This document shows positions 10,094 to 18,919 of a DNA stretch of 64,000 nt, piece by piece. Location: positions 3,898 to 67,897 of the forward strand of contig CAMXSN010000006.1 of the NCBI GenBank assembly GCA_947246685.1, given 5' to 3'. The position numbers and the translations under genes are program-made. Position 1 is the first letter of the stretch. Each line of letters starts with the position of its first letter. Under the pieces are notes generated by a model, which was not told where the DNA came from, did not search any database, and saw only the letters and a list, made by a program, of their open reading frames with translations. Source of the DNA: an uncultured Clostridia bacterium. GTDB lineage: Bacteria > Bacillota > Clostridia > Christensenellales > UBA3700.

Positions 10094-11437
10094 TTAAATT
10101 GCGCTGATATATACGTTTCCTGCCGCATAAAACTTGTTTACGAACAGTTTTGCCTTTCTAATTCTTCCATCACTTTCTGCATGTACTTTGTCAAACCAAC
10201 CAGAGTGACAGATAAATTCGTCAAGTATCCCTAAAGCATTCTTTGTATAACCGTATACTATTACGTTATGCCGCGAAATATCAACGCCTTTATTATTCAC
10301 ATCCCAACCTTTTCCTGCCCCTACCGTCATAATCGCAGGATTACCGCTGTCAACAGCCTTTTTAATATTGGTGTAACTAGTGAAATGTGTAGATTTACAA
10401 CTTATACCGTTTTCCTTAAAATATGACTCGAATCCACCGTCAATATCAACATATGTGGCTGCTCCGTCAACATTAGGATTGTTTACACTCAATACTTTTA
10501 CGTGTTTTCTCAATTCTCGCATAATACTTTCTGCTCTAGAGTCAGTAGGCAAAAATTTAATCCATCCTTCTTCCATATCTATACCGTCACTCATCGGACA
10601 TAATTTTTTATTCAATCCTAATCTTTCATAGTATTGTAAAACTATTGTCATCGCTACTAGCGAGCAAGAATTATACATTGTTTTAGGAAAAAGTAAGTCA
10701 TACCCATAAGAAAATTTGCAATAATAATATGTACCATAAACAGTACCCTCACTTCCCATTGAATATAGAATCCTATCGATATCATTTTCTTTAAGTTTAT
10801 TTGCCGCGTCCACCTTTGAATTATTATCATACCTATACATAGTATTGATTGTCTGCGCAAAATAATTGAACTTTTGATCGCTTTTACCAAGTTTTGTCAC
10901 CCTGTGGCGATTGCTCTGGCCCATAGGCATAGGCGTATCAAGTGCTTCTAAATAATCTTGATAATCAAGTTCTCTTAGATATTCCATCGCAGATGCCATT
11001 TGTTCGATATCGTCATAAGAAGCTAATCTATCTGAAGCAATTGAATAAAACTCGCCATTTCTTAAAATAAAATATTTGCCGAATCCACCATAATATTTTG
11101 ATTCCGACTTTCCGAAATACGGTGAATTGCCCTCTCCTCTTTCCAAAATCGACCCAGTGTTCCTGATTACAATCATATAATATCCCTCGAATTCATATAA
11201 ACCGTACAATGGCTCGTGATTGAAATCGTAAAGCTTTTCTATAGAAATAATATTGGGCAAATTTCCGTCTTCAAATTTAAGTCTGAGATTAGCCATAGCA
11301 AAATCTTTTTCTGACTGAGAAAAATCTGTCGCCAAAAGACTTATTTTAATTTCCTCGGCAACTGCGCTACACGTAGTACTGAGAATTAATGCAAGAAGTA
11401 CGCTTAGCACCAGAATAATTATAAGTCTATTTTTCAT
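10094..11437 (-). CDS. secreted papain-fold cysteine-peptidase-like protein (C39/C10-like, tentative)
   Basis: Start at MKNRLIIILVLSVLLALIL (AAGGGGGTGG upstream) gives a signal peptide. The C-terminal domain has candidate nucleophile NSCSLVAM and His in SRHNVIVYGY. Family assignment is by pattern only. Confidence 0.45.
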   Translation of the reverse strand: MKNRLIIILVLSVLLALILSTTCSAVAEEIKISLLATDFSQSEKDFAMANLRLKFEDGNLPNIISIEKLYDFNHEPLYGLYEFEGYYMIVIRNTGSILERGEGNSPYFGKSESKYYGGFGKYFILRNGEFYSIASDRLASYDDIEQMASAMEYLRELDYQDYLEALDTPMPMGQSNRHRVTKLGKSDQKFNYFAQTINTMYRYDNNSKVDAANKLKENDIDRILYSMGSEGTVYGTYYYCKFSYGYDLLFPKTMYNSCSLVAMTIVLQYYERLGLNKKLCPMSDGIDMEEGWIKFLPTDSRAESIMRELRKHVKVLSVNNPNVDGAATYVDIDGGFESYFKENGISCKSTHFTSYTNIKKAVDSGNPAIMTVGAGKGWDVNNKGVDISRHNVIVYGYTKNALGILDEFICHSGWFDKVHAESDGRIRKAKLFVNKFYAAGNVYISAI

Positions 11438-11491
11438 TTTACCACCCCCTTGATAATTATATAATAGCATGCTTATTTCTTTTTATCAAGT

Positions 11492-11523
11492 GTGAATTAT
11501 GTAGAATTATGTAGAATTATGTA
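11492..11523. repeat. 10-bp tandem repeat (gtRgaattat x3.2) in the peptidase promoter region
   Basis: gtgaattat gtagaattat gtagaattat gta read directly from the sequence. Confidence 0.9.
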
Positions 11524-11583
11524 CTTTTATACAATATATGCATAATTTTGGCTATTATGCAGTTTAGGTCAATATAAAATAAC

Positions 11584-11966
11584 TTATTTATAAAGCTCTA
11601 TGTTATCCACTGCGGACTTGAATAATCCGTCCATCACCTGCTCTATCTCTTCAATACTGCGCTCCTCTCCTATATCCTTATAAATTATGTCTATCTCTAA
11701 CTTGCTGCTCTTGAACCACCCGATCGGGACTTTTATCTGATAATACGACGTGTAGATTCTTTCTCCCGATTCATTCAACTTGGTCTTCATTTCCTCGCTG
11801 TAATACTTATATTTTCCGTATTTCTTGTCGTACTTATCTTTTTTTACTAAGGCATTTTTTGAGTTACCCGTTATACATACTTTTATCTCTCTTTCTTCCT
11901 GATTTTTATTTATCAAAGTATAATAATAGTACTGAACGTCTTCAACTCTCTCTGTAAAATCCGTAT
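11584..11966. repeat. 383-bp segmental duplication, copy 2 (partner 9386-9768)
   Basis: See copy 1. Confidence 0.9.
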
Positions 11967-12276
11967 CATCGTTCGTTTTGCGCCTATTAAACTCTATTCT
12001 TACATTGCCGAGCAATTCATAATCATCGCTAAATGCATCTTCCCAATAAATATCTTTAATTTCCAATTTGTTTTCATTAATAAAGTCAGACGAAATATAT
12101 GCTACGTCATTCTCCATCACTTTTTTCAAATTATCGTATTCAATGTAAGTATAATCCGGATTAATTCCCGACGTCAAACAAGCCCAAATTATTCCTAAAA
12201 TTATACCGGCTAGCGCTATCAATACTGCCAATGTAATAGCGATCCCTTTGATTGCCTTAACTGATACTCTATTCAT
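11584..12276 (-). CDS. membrane-anchored hypothetical protein, paralog B
   Basis: 230-aa ORF. The N-terminal ~45 aa and C-terminal 126 aa match paralog A. The central ~40 aa are unrelated in sequence and 2 aa longer. Confidence 0.7.
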   Translation of the reverse strand: MNRVSVKAIKGIAITLAVLIALAGIILGIIWACLTSGINPDYTYIEYDNLKKVMENDVAYISSDFINENKLEIKDIYWEDAFSDDYELLGNVRIEFNRRKTNDDTDFTERVEDVQYYYYTLINKNQEEREIKVCITGNSKNALVKKDKYDKKYGKYKYYSEEMKTKLNESGERIYTSYYQIKVPIGWFKSSKLEIDIIYKDIGEERSIEEIEQVMDGLFKSAVDNIELYK

Positions 12277-12365
12277 AAAACCGCCTTATCTAATTTATAG
12301 CAAATGCTTTTATAACTTAATGATATCATAGATTTGCCATTTATTCAAGTAGCAATTAAAAAATA

Positions 12366-13661
12366 TTAATTATAAAGTTTTATATTATTTGCCGCGGACT
12401 TGAATATCCTATCGAATTTATACTGAGCATAATAAATATCAATATAGCCGTCGGATTGTTCTTGATTAGGATAAGAGCAAAACAGCAAGCTCAACATGCA
12501 ATATCTGCCGTCTTCAAGTTCTATAAAAACGTCATAATTACTTACCGCAAGTCCTAAAATACCCGACGCATCCGTGGCTCTGTATTTATAACCGCCATAA
12601 TTTTTGTCAAACTCTGCGTCGCTCGCGTCATAGTCAATATATAACGTGCACGTTAAATACAAAACGTCGCCGTTTTTCTCTGTTCTGCTCAAACAGTATT
12701 TATAATCTGATACGTTATCTGCCGACAAAACATCATCGCAGTGAATGTAGACGATAGGATCGATAAACCGCAGTAAAACGTTACCTGCGCTAGCATTTTC
12801 GTCAATTTTCGTACCGCGACGGTCATATAAACCGTATACGTCTTCTAATGCAAATCTGTTGTCTGCGATAAAAGATTGCGCCAAATATGCCGCTTTGTCG
12901 GTAAATATGCTCGGCAAATCGTCAAATCCGATCACGCAAGCGGAAATCTGTTCGCTAGTCTGCACCTTTTCGACTGCCGATTCAAACGTAGTCTCAAATA
13001 TTTCGCTTACACGGCTGCTTTGCATATTATCGCCCGTCAAGGTCATATTCAATTCCATTACGCTTTTCTCCCCGTTGCTTCCTATAGGAGCGGAAAAAGT
13101 ATATACTATGTTGTATTCTTCTTCATATTCGCTTAAAAACCTTAACGTAATATCCGAAACCTGGTATGTCCCGACGCCGTAATCGTGATTGAAATCTGCC
13201 GGAGTGCTATTAGACTTTGAATAACCGACGACGCGCACGTTAAAATCATATTCCGATTTATCTTTGTTTTCCAACGTAAACGCATAATACATTACGTTCT
13301 CAACTTTTTTATTAAAATCAGGCTTTTTTCTTGACGACGAAATATATACGATCTCCACGTTTCCCCAACTGTCGTCGTTAACCAATCCTATAAATTTCAT
13401 CCCGTCGTCATATATGAATTCGTCCGACGGGTATATGACGTCATCACCCATTACCGTACGCAAATCGCTGTAATGAATTAACGCGTTGACCTCTCTCGGA
13501 GCATAAAATGCATCTACGATCGAAAAGAACGCTCCGGCGAACCCCAGCGGTACGAAAAATAGTCCTGCAAGCATAACTACGACAAAAATCTTAATACTCA
13601 TGCTGATTGTCGCCATTGCGGAAATTGCTGTACCCGCCATGATCTTCTTGATTTTCGCCAT
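12366..13661 (-). CDS. membrane-anchored hypothetical protein with two tandem copies of the paralog A/B ectodomain
   Basis: 431 aa with RBS AAGGGGGG. It has an N-terminal hydrophobic region. Both halves end like the 230-aa paralogs (FESAVEKV / FKSAANNIKLYN versus FKSAVDNIELYK). Confidence 0.6.
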   Translation of the reverse strand: MAKIKKIMAGTAISAMATISMSIKIFVVVMLAGLFFVPLGFAGAFFSIVDAFYAPREVNALIHYSDLRTVMGDDVIYPSDEFIYDDGMKFIGLVNDDSWGNVEIVYISSSRKKPDFNKKVENVMYYAFTLENKDKSEYDFNVRVVGYSKSNSTPADFNHDYGVGTYQVSDITLRFLSEYEEEYNIVYTFSAPIGSNGEKSVMELNMTLTGDNMQSSRVSEIFETTFESAVEKVQTSEQISACVIGFDDLPSIFTDKAAYLAQSFIADNRFALEDVYGLYDRRGTKIDENASAGNVLLRFIDPIVYIHCDDVLSADNVSDYKYCLSRTEKNGDVLYLTCTLYIDYDASDAEFDKNYGGYKYRATDASGILGLAVSNYDVFIELEDGRYCMLSLLFCSYPNQEQSDGYIDIYYAQYKFDRIFKSAANNIKLYN

Positions 13662-13746
13662 ATAAAAATCCCCCCTTGCGAGTATTTCACTTATACTACA
13701 CTCGGGGGGACCTGTTTGTATCGAAAAATATGTTAATTTTGTAAAT

Positions 13747-16089
13747 CTATTCGTTTACGCCGTCATTGCCTTTTATATCGCCCGTCTTTTTGGACTTGGA
13801 TTTGAACAGCTTGATTTGGCTCTTGTTCTTGACGAACAAATTGAGCAATACAAAAAATACGCTCATCAAAATAGCCGCTCCCAACATGCCCAGACAAAGT
13901 CCCGTCTCGGGAGTTACGAAAATCTTTTTGTATTCCGTTACTTCCGAATGCATGGTTGTCGGAAGATCGGGTAACGTATATGCCTCGGAGCCGTCGTTGT
14001 CGCCGTAATAGACGCGTATTACGTTGATACTCTCGCCGTTGACCTTGACGCTGACCTTACCGCCGTTGATCTTGCAATCCTTTTGATAAGGCACGACAGT
14101 AGTCGATCCCAATTCGTTGCACGCAGCTCGCACTCCGCTCATGTATTGCATAGAGCTTGCGTTGATCGGTCCGAAACCGTCTACGTTGAGCGATACGTCC
14201 ATAGCTCTTGCATTGGAATTGACTATCTTTATATACAGCGTCTGCTCCGCCTCGTCGACAGACGCAGAAGAATATACGCCCTTGATATCTATGCCGGTGT
14301 CTATATAACGCGTGCCGGTATTGTTGGCAAAAAGCATCTGATTGAAATAATTGGGAGTCAGAACTATGTTCTGCGAATCGAACCATATCATATTCAAATC
14401 CCAGCACTGCGCGTTGATCTTGGCGAAAGTCGGCGCGTAAGACGCCATCTTGACTATATCGCCGTTTCGCTCCAAGGCAGTGAGATAACTTGCCTCTTCT
14501 ATTGCCGACCACATATTGTTTTGCGTCCAATATTTGCCTATGCCCCAACAGCTTGCGGCGTATTCGCCCACAAAAACCTCCGCGCCGTTTCTATCGTAGC
14601 TGTCGTATCGGTCGTTGTTCTTAAACAGCTTGTTTTGGCTTGTGTAATAATGCTCGTCGACTATCGTGTCGGGATATTTCTCATTGACAATCTCCCACGC
14701 CTCGTCTATATAATCGCCGCTGAACTGATACGATGCCGACGATATGATTTTGATATCGGGATACTTGGCTTTGACGGCGTTGTACAGCGCATCAAAGTTT
14801 CTCCAATACACTTCGCCCCAATTCTCATTGCCCAGCCCCAAATATTCGAGATTGAAAGGTTGGGGATGACCGTTCGCTGCGCGCTTGGCTCCCCATTGGG
14901 TATCTACTCCGCCGTTGGCGTATTCTATCAGGTCGAAAATATCCTGTATATAAGCGTTGAATTTATCGGTACCCGGACGAAGCGCGATTGTATCGAGATA
15001 TTTCTCCCATTCGTCGTTACTCATTCTGCCGTTTTTATACGCCTTGGAAACTTTGTTGTAGTTCGCCTCAAATTGACATATCATTCCCACATTGAGAATT
15101 GGCACGGGTTTTGCTCCCAAATCGTCGCAAAGTTGAAAATACTCGTGATATCCCAGAGAAAAAGTATTGTTGTAATATTTACCTTTTTCGTCCTCGCGCC
15201 AAATATTGCGATATTGCTCTCGCTGTTCGAGCGGACCTATGGTCTTTTTCCAATCAAAGAGATGCTCGAAGGAATCGCCTTCGGCAAGACAGCCGCCGGG
15301 GAAACGTACGAACGCGGGAGAAAGATCGTCAAGAGCCTGATAGAGATCGTCTCGCAACGTGACGTATTTCCATTGCTCGTCGCCATAACCGTAAGCGTCG
15401 GTGGGAGTAAGAGATACAAAATCTATATCGAGACTGCCCTTGCCTTGGATTCTAATATTAAGACTGCCGTCTTCGCTGACGTTACTCTTGAGCACCGCCC
15501 CTATTTTAGTCCAAGTATTCCTACTCTTAGGCAATAAGAGCTGAGCCTCTTTGGAATTGTTTTCCGAAATCAAAGCGGCATGTATACTACCCTCAAAATC
15601 ATTGAGCCTGACGTACATCGACAGTTCGTACTCCACGTCTTTGCGGAATCCCATATCCGCAGTAGCCATCTTCTCTTTCTTGTATCTCTGCGTCATCGTA
15701 GTATAGAATTCCACAAAACCGAGATTTTCCAGATTAATTTCGCCGTCCGCGTCCAATCTCAAAAAGGACTGATTGTTTGCGTTGAGCCCGTCTCTTTCGC
15801 TCTTAATCACCTGCGCGCCGTCGCTGTCGATATTCCAATACGCTTTGGGTTCCGCCTCATACTCAAAGCTGCCGTTGTTGACAAGCTCGGAGACAAGACC
15901 GCCGTCGCCCGCAAAAGAGATATCTTCCAAAAAAAGCCCGTACATAGTATCGGCGATCTCCACTCCCATATTGCTCTTGGATACCGTCGCGGAAATCGTA
16001 CTTGGCGCGGAACACGCGCTGAATATACATAGACAGGCAAGCGCCGTTGCCACTATGCCTACCGTTATAATACGCTTTTTGAATTTCAT
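13747..16089 (-). CDS. GH51-type alpha-L-arabinofuranosidase with N-terminal CBM-like domain, lipobox and C-terminal TM anchor
   Basis: 780 aa. Motifs RFPGGCLAEG, LGLGNENWGE (acid/base Glu) and VFVGEYAA (nucleophile Glu of the plant/Bacteroides-type GH51). N-terminal CIFSAC lipobox. C-terminal GLCLGMLGAAILMSVFFVLLNLF helix. Confidence 0.8.
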   Translation of the reverse strand: MKFKKRIITVGIVATALACLCIFSACSAPSTISATVSKSNMGVEIADTMYGLFLEDISFAGDGGLVSELVNNGSFEYEAEPKAYWNIDSDGAQVIKSERDGLNANNQSFLRLDADGEINLENLGFVEFYTTMTQRYKKEKMATADMGFRKDVEYELSMYVRLNDFEGSIHAALISENNSKEAQLLLPKSRNTWTKIGAVLKSNVSEDGSLNIRIQGKGSLDIDFVSLTPTDAYGYGDEQWKYVTLRDDLYQALDDLSPAFVRFPGGCLAEGDSFEHLFDWKKTIGPLEQREQYRNIWREDEKGKYYNNTFSLGYHEYFQLCDDLGAKPVPILNVGMICQFEANYNKVSKAYKNGRMSNDEWEKYLDTIALRPGTDKFNAYIQDIFDLIEYANGGVDTQWGAKRAANGHPQPFNLEYLGLGNENWGEVYWRNFDALYNAVKAKYPDIKIISSASYQFSGDYIDEAWEIVNEKYPDTIVDEHYYTSQNKLFKNNDRYDSYDRNGAEVFVGEYAASCWGIGKYWTQNNMWSAIEEASYLTALERNGDIVKMASYAPTFAKINAQCWDLNMIWFDSQNIVLTPNYFNQMLFANNTGTRYIDTGIDIKGVYSSASVDEAEQTLYIKIVNSNARAMDVSLNVDGFGPINASSMQYMSGVRAACNELGSTTVVPYQKDCKINGGKVSVKVNGESINVIRVYYGDNDGSEAYTLPDLPTTMHSEVTEYKKIFVTPETGLCLGMLGAAILMSVFFVLLNLFVKNKSQIKLFKSKSKKTGDIKGNDGVNE

Positions 16090-16214
16090 AATATATCTCC
16101 CGATGCGTTTATGTCTTGATTATATCAAAAAGACCTGCAAAATGTCAATTGACAATTATGTCGCATAAGGTATAAAAAATCAAGCGCGCTTTATAGAGTA
16201 AATTTATAATGAAA

Positions 16215-17363
16215 TCAATCCGTCAGGCAATACCTGCCGACTATCCGACCGTCCTGAACGAAATATCTCGGCACGCGCGCGCCTATGCCGCATACGATCT
16301 CGTAGTTGAAACTGCCAGATTTAGCGCCCAACTCTTCCGCTCCTATACGTTCCTCCCCCATTGCGCCTATCAGCGTAACTTCGTCGTCTATCTCCGCTTG
16401 CCGTATGTCGGTGACGTCAACCATAGTCTGATCCATACATACTCTGCCTATTATCGGGGCTCTGCTCCCCCTTATCAATACGCAGCCTTTATCGGAAAGA
16501 GCTCTGGGATATCCGTCCGCATACCCGATCGGCAGCGTCGCAACTCTGGTGATTCTTTTGGCGGTAAACACCGCGCCGTAACTTACCGACGCTCCTATAG
16601 GCAAAGTCTTGATATGAACTATGCGAGTATGCCAACTCATCGCCTCCTTCAGCCGCCAATTAGATCCCGTCTCCGTCGACGGATATAAGCCGTATGCCAT
16701 AATCCCCATACGCACCGCGTTGCCCGTAATATCTTTTTGCTCCATTAGCGCCGCCGAATTGGCGCTGTGCTCGCAACCGAGCGACACGCCTCTGCCCCTT
16801 AATTCTTCGATAAATTTGTTAAAGACTCTCTGTTGGGCGAGAGTATAAGATTTGTCGGCGCAATCGGCGCATGCGAAATGCGTGAATATTCCGTCGATTA
16901 TCAAGTTGGGCATCGACGCAGCTTCGACTGCTCCGTCGACCTCGTCGGGAAGAAAACCTATGCGGCCCATGCCGCTGTCCATAGCAATATACGCCCTTGC
17001 CTTAACTCCTAGTTTCTTGCAGAAACAATTGAGTTTGTAAGCGCTGTCTTGCGAAAAGACGCACGCGCGCAAATCATAATCTATCAAACCGGCGAATTTC
17101 TCGCGCACGGTGTTGCCCAATACCGTTATCGGAAGAACAGCTCCGCATCTGCGCAATTTTACGCCCTCCTCGACGGTGGCTACGGCGAATTCATCGACAA
17201 TATCCGAACAAAGTAACGCCACTTTGGACGCGCCGTGCCCGTATGCGTCGGCTTTGACGACTAATATTATTTTGCGATCTCCGACTTTTTCTCTTACCAA
17301 CCCGATATTGTATCTTATCGCGTCGATATCCACCGCCGCATAAGTTCTTTCGCCGCAGATCAT
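16215..17363 (-). CDS. alr: alanine racemase
   Basis: 382 aa with the PLP-lysine motif VVKADAYGHG. Typical Alr length. ATGA overlap with dat. Confidence 0.9.
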   Translation of the reverse strand: MICGERTYAAVDIDAIRYNIGLVREKVGDRKIILVVKADAYGHGASKVALLCSDIVDEFAVATVEEGVKLRRCGAVLPITVLGNTVREKFAGLIDYDLRACVFSQDSAYKLNCFCKKLGVKARAYIAMDSGMGRIGFLPDEVDGAVEAASMPNLIIDGIFTHFACADCADKSYTLAQQRVFNKFIEELRGRGVSLGCEHSANSAALMEQKDITGNAVRMGIMAYGLYPSTETGSNWRLKEAMSWHTRIVHIKTLPIGASVSYGAVFTAKRITRVATLPIGYADGYPRALSDKGCVLIRGSRAPIIGRVCMDQTMVDVTDIRQAEIDDEVTLIGAMGEERIGAEELGAKSGSFNYEIVCGIGARVPRYFVQDGRIVGRYCLTD

Positions 17364-18199
17364 TCGGTCTGCTCCTTAAATTCGGTCAATAAAGCTTTTT
17401 GTAGCGTCTTAACCGTCTCTTCGTCCTTACCGCCGATCTCTTTGCCGTCTATTTCGCATGCCTGCAAGCATAGCGAGCCTGCGCTGGTAACTATGACTTC
17501 GTCGGCATTTCTCATCTCTTCGACGCTGAAAGGTATTTCGCAGACTTTGACGCCCAATTTACCGCACATAGCGATTAAATGCGCTCTTGCCACGCCGGCA
17601 AGGATATGACAATCCGTAGGATGAGTAATCAAGGCGCCGTCTTTAAGAATATGTATGTTGCTGTGAGCGCATTCAGTGACCGTGGCTCCTCTGTGGAACA
17701 CCGTTTCGTGCGCGCCCGCTCTCTTAGCTGCCTGCGACGCCATAACCGAGGGAATAAGGTTGAGCGTCTTGATATTGCAATGTAGAAAACGCGTATCTTC
17801 CGCAGTGATGAGTTTTATCTTTTCTCTCATATCCACTATATCGCAAGGCTTGATAGTTATCCATAGGTTAGCGCGCGTATCTTCTTCATACGCGTGAGAA
17901 CGAATCTGCGTGCCGCGCGTGGCTTGCCAATATACAAAATTATTGCCGCAATCGCACTTAGAAAGCATATCTGAGAGTTCTGCTTTCAGCTCCTCTTTGC
18001 CGACGGGAACGCGTATGTCAAGAAGACGGGCGCTGTTGAAAAATCTGTCGACGTGTTCGTCAAGAGCAAAAATTTTATAATTGCGGCTGTAAGCGGCGTC
18101 GTATACTCCGTCGCCGAAAAAACATACCCTATCGTTCATGGGTATTCGCATTTTGTCAAGCTCGCCGTATTCTCCGTTATAGTATCCAAGACATTCCAT
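17360..18199 (-). CDS. dat: D-amino-acid (D-alanine) aminotransferase, fold-type IV
   Basis: Start at ATG 18199, 5 nt after GGAGG; the track start 18211 is a TTG inside the RBS. FGDGVYD and the catalytic Lys context CNIKTLNL align with Bacillus Dat. Confidence 0.85.
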   Translation of the reverse strand: MECLGYYNGEYGELDKMRIPMNDRVCFFGDGVYDAAYSRNYKIFALDEHVDRFFNSARLLDIRVPVGKEELKAELSDMLSKCDCGNNFVYWQATRGTQIRSHAYEEDTRANLWITIKPCDIVDMREKIKLITAEDTRFLHCNIKTLNLIPSVMASQAAKRAGAHETVFHRGATVTECAHSNIHILKDGALITHPTDCHILAGVARAHLIAMCGKLGVKVCEIPFSVEEMRNADEVIVTSAGSLCLQACEIDGKEIGGKDEETVKTLQKALLTEFKEQTE

Positions 18200-18307
18200 A
18201 TCCGCCTCCAAAAACCAAAATATATTAGCGGCGAGGTCTGTCGTCGCTATCTCCTACATTGTATTATATAAATCCGCAAAAAGTTTATGTCACATATCCT
18301 AAAGTAT

Positions 18308-18335
18308 AAAAAAAGCTCCGGTAAAAAACCGAAGC
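18308..18335 (-). terminator. rho-independent terminator after the XRE gene
   Basis: Minus strand reads gcttcgg-ttttta-ccggagc (7 bp with one G-U) followed by TTTTTTT. Confidence 0.6.
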
Positions 18336-18357
18336 CTTAACGTTAATTTGATAATTA

Positions 18358-18564
18358 TCAGAAATCGCTCAAACCCAAAAGAAAATCTACAGATACGTTG
18401 AAAACCAACGCGATATCGCGTAATACCGACAGACTCGGTTCACCGGTGCCCAGCTCGTATCGCGAATAAGACTGTTGTTTTATGTTTAATTTATTCGCCG
18501 TCTCTTGCTGAGAATAACCTGCCTGAATTCTTAATTCCCTTAATCTTTGCGCAAATATTTCCAT
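18358..18564 (-). CDS. XRE-family helix-turn-helix transcriptional regulator (68 aa)
   Basis: LRELRIQAGYSQQETANKLNIKQQSYSRYELG is a canonical Cro/C1-type HTH. Confidence 0.85.
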   Translation of the reverse strand: MEIFAQRLRELRIQAGYSQQETANKLNIKQQSYSRYELGTGEPSLSVLRDIALVFNVSVDFLLGLSDF

Positions 18565-18588
18565 AACATTCCTTTAATTGCTTGCATA

Positions 18589-18639
18589 TTACAACTTTTT
18601 GCTGTAAAATTGTATTGTTACAACAATTTGCTGTCAAAA
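18589..18639 (-). promoter_or_regulatory. two ~21-bp direct-repeat operator-like sites, each internally palindromic (TTACA...TGTAA)
   Basis: ttacaactttttgctgtaaaa (18589-18609) and ttacaacaatttgctgtcaaaa (18618-18639). One overlaps the -35 box and the other lies just downstream of the -10 box. Confidence 0.55.
18609..18637 (-). promoter_or_regulatory. sigma-A-type promoter of the XRE gene
   Basis: Minus strand reads TTGACA - 17 nt - TACAAT, about 45 nt upstream of the ATG. Confidence 0.6.
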
Positions 18640-18860
18640 GGGAACTTATATGAGAGCAAAACTTATTTTATGCGTTAATCTTATTATCCATGGGCATAAA
18701 TATGCCGTAGCGCGCAGAATGCTACGCCATAATCGCAATATAATTATACGCCGTTAAAAGCAAATTAAACTTGTATTATTTTGATGAAAATTACGGCTTT
18801 ACCGTTAAACAGACTGTAATTATCAGTAGTCAACACACCTCTGATAACTTCCACACCATA

Positions 18861-18894
18861 CAAAATAAACTCGCTGAACAGCGAGTTTATTTTG
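18861..18894 (-). terminator. strong bidirectional rho-independent terminator closing the large operon
   Basis: Perfect 14-bp stem caaaataaactcgc / gcgagtttattttg with a 6-nt loop and A/T-rich arms. Confidence 0.75.
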
Positions 18895-18919
18895 TATAAT
18901 CAAAACATTTTATGCCGCG

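Noticed and set aside
9386-13661. Diversity-generating retroelement (DGR) as the cause of the variable cassette in the paralogs
   Set aside because: The only RT in the window is 50 kb away and has retron hallmarks (msr/msd, NDT effector). No template/variable repeat pair with adenine-specific differences is visible. The variable segments differ by wholesale replacement and a 6-nt length change, not A-to-N mutation.
14083-15537. 484-aa plus-strand ORF
   Set aside because: It is antisense to the GH51 gene, whose motifs are unambiguous. The antisense product is a low-complexity Ile/Val/Arg-rich sequence with no motifs or RBS, a typical shadow ORF.
18650-18757. 35-aa ORF (MRAKLILCVNLIIHGHKYAVARRMLRHNRNIIIRR) divergent from the XRE gene, a possible small toxin-like peptide
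   Set aside because: It is too short, has only a weak RBS (AAAGGGAAC), and has no conservation evidence available. It cannot be supported from sequence alone.
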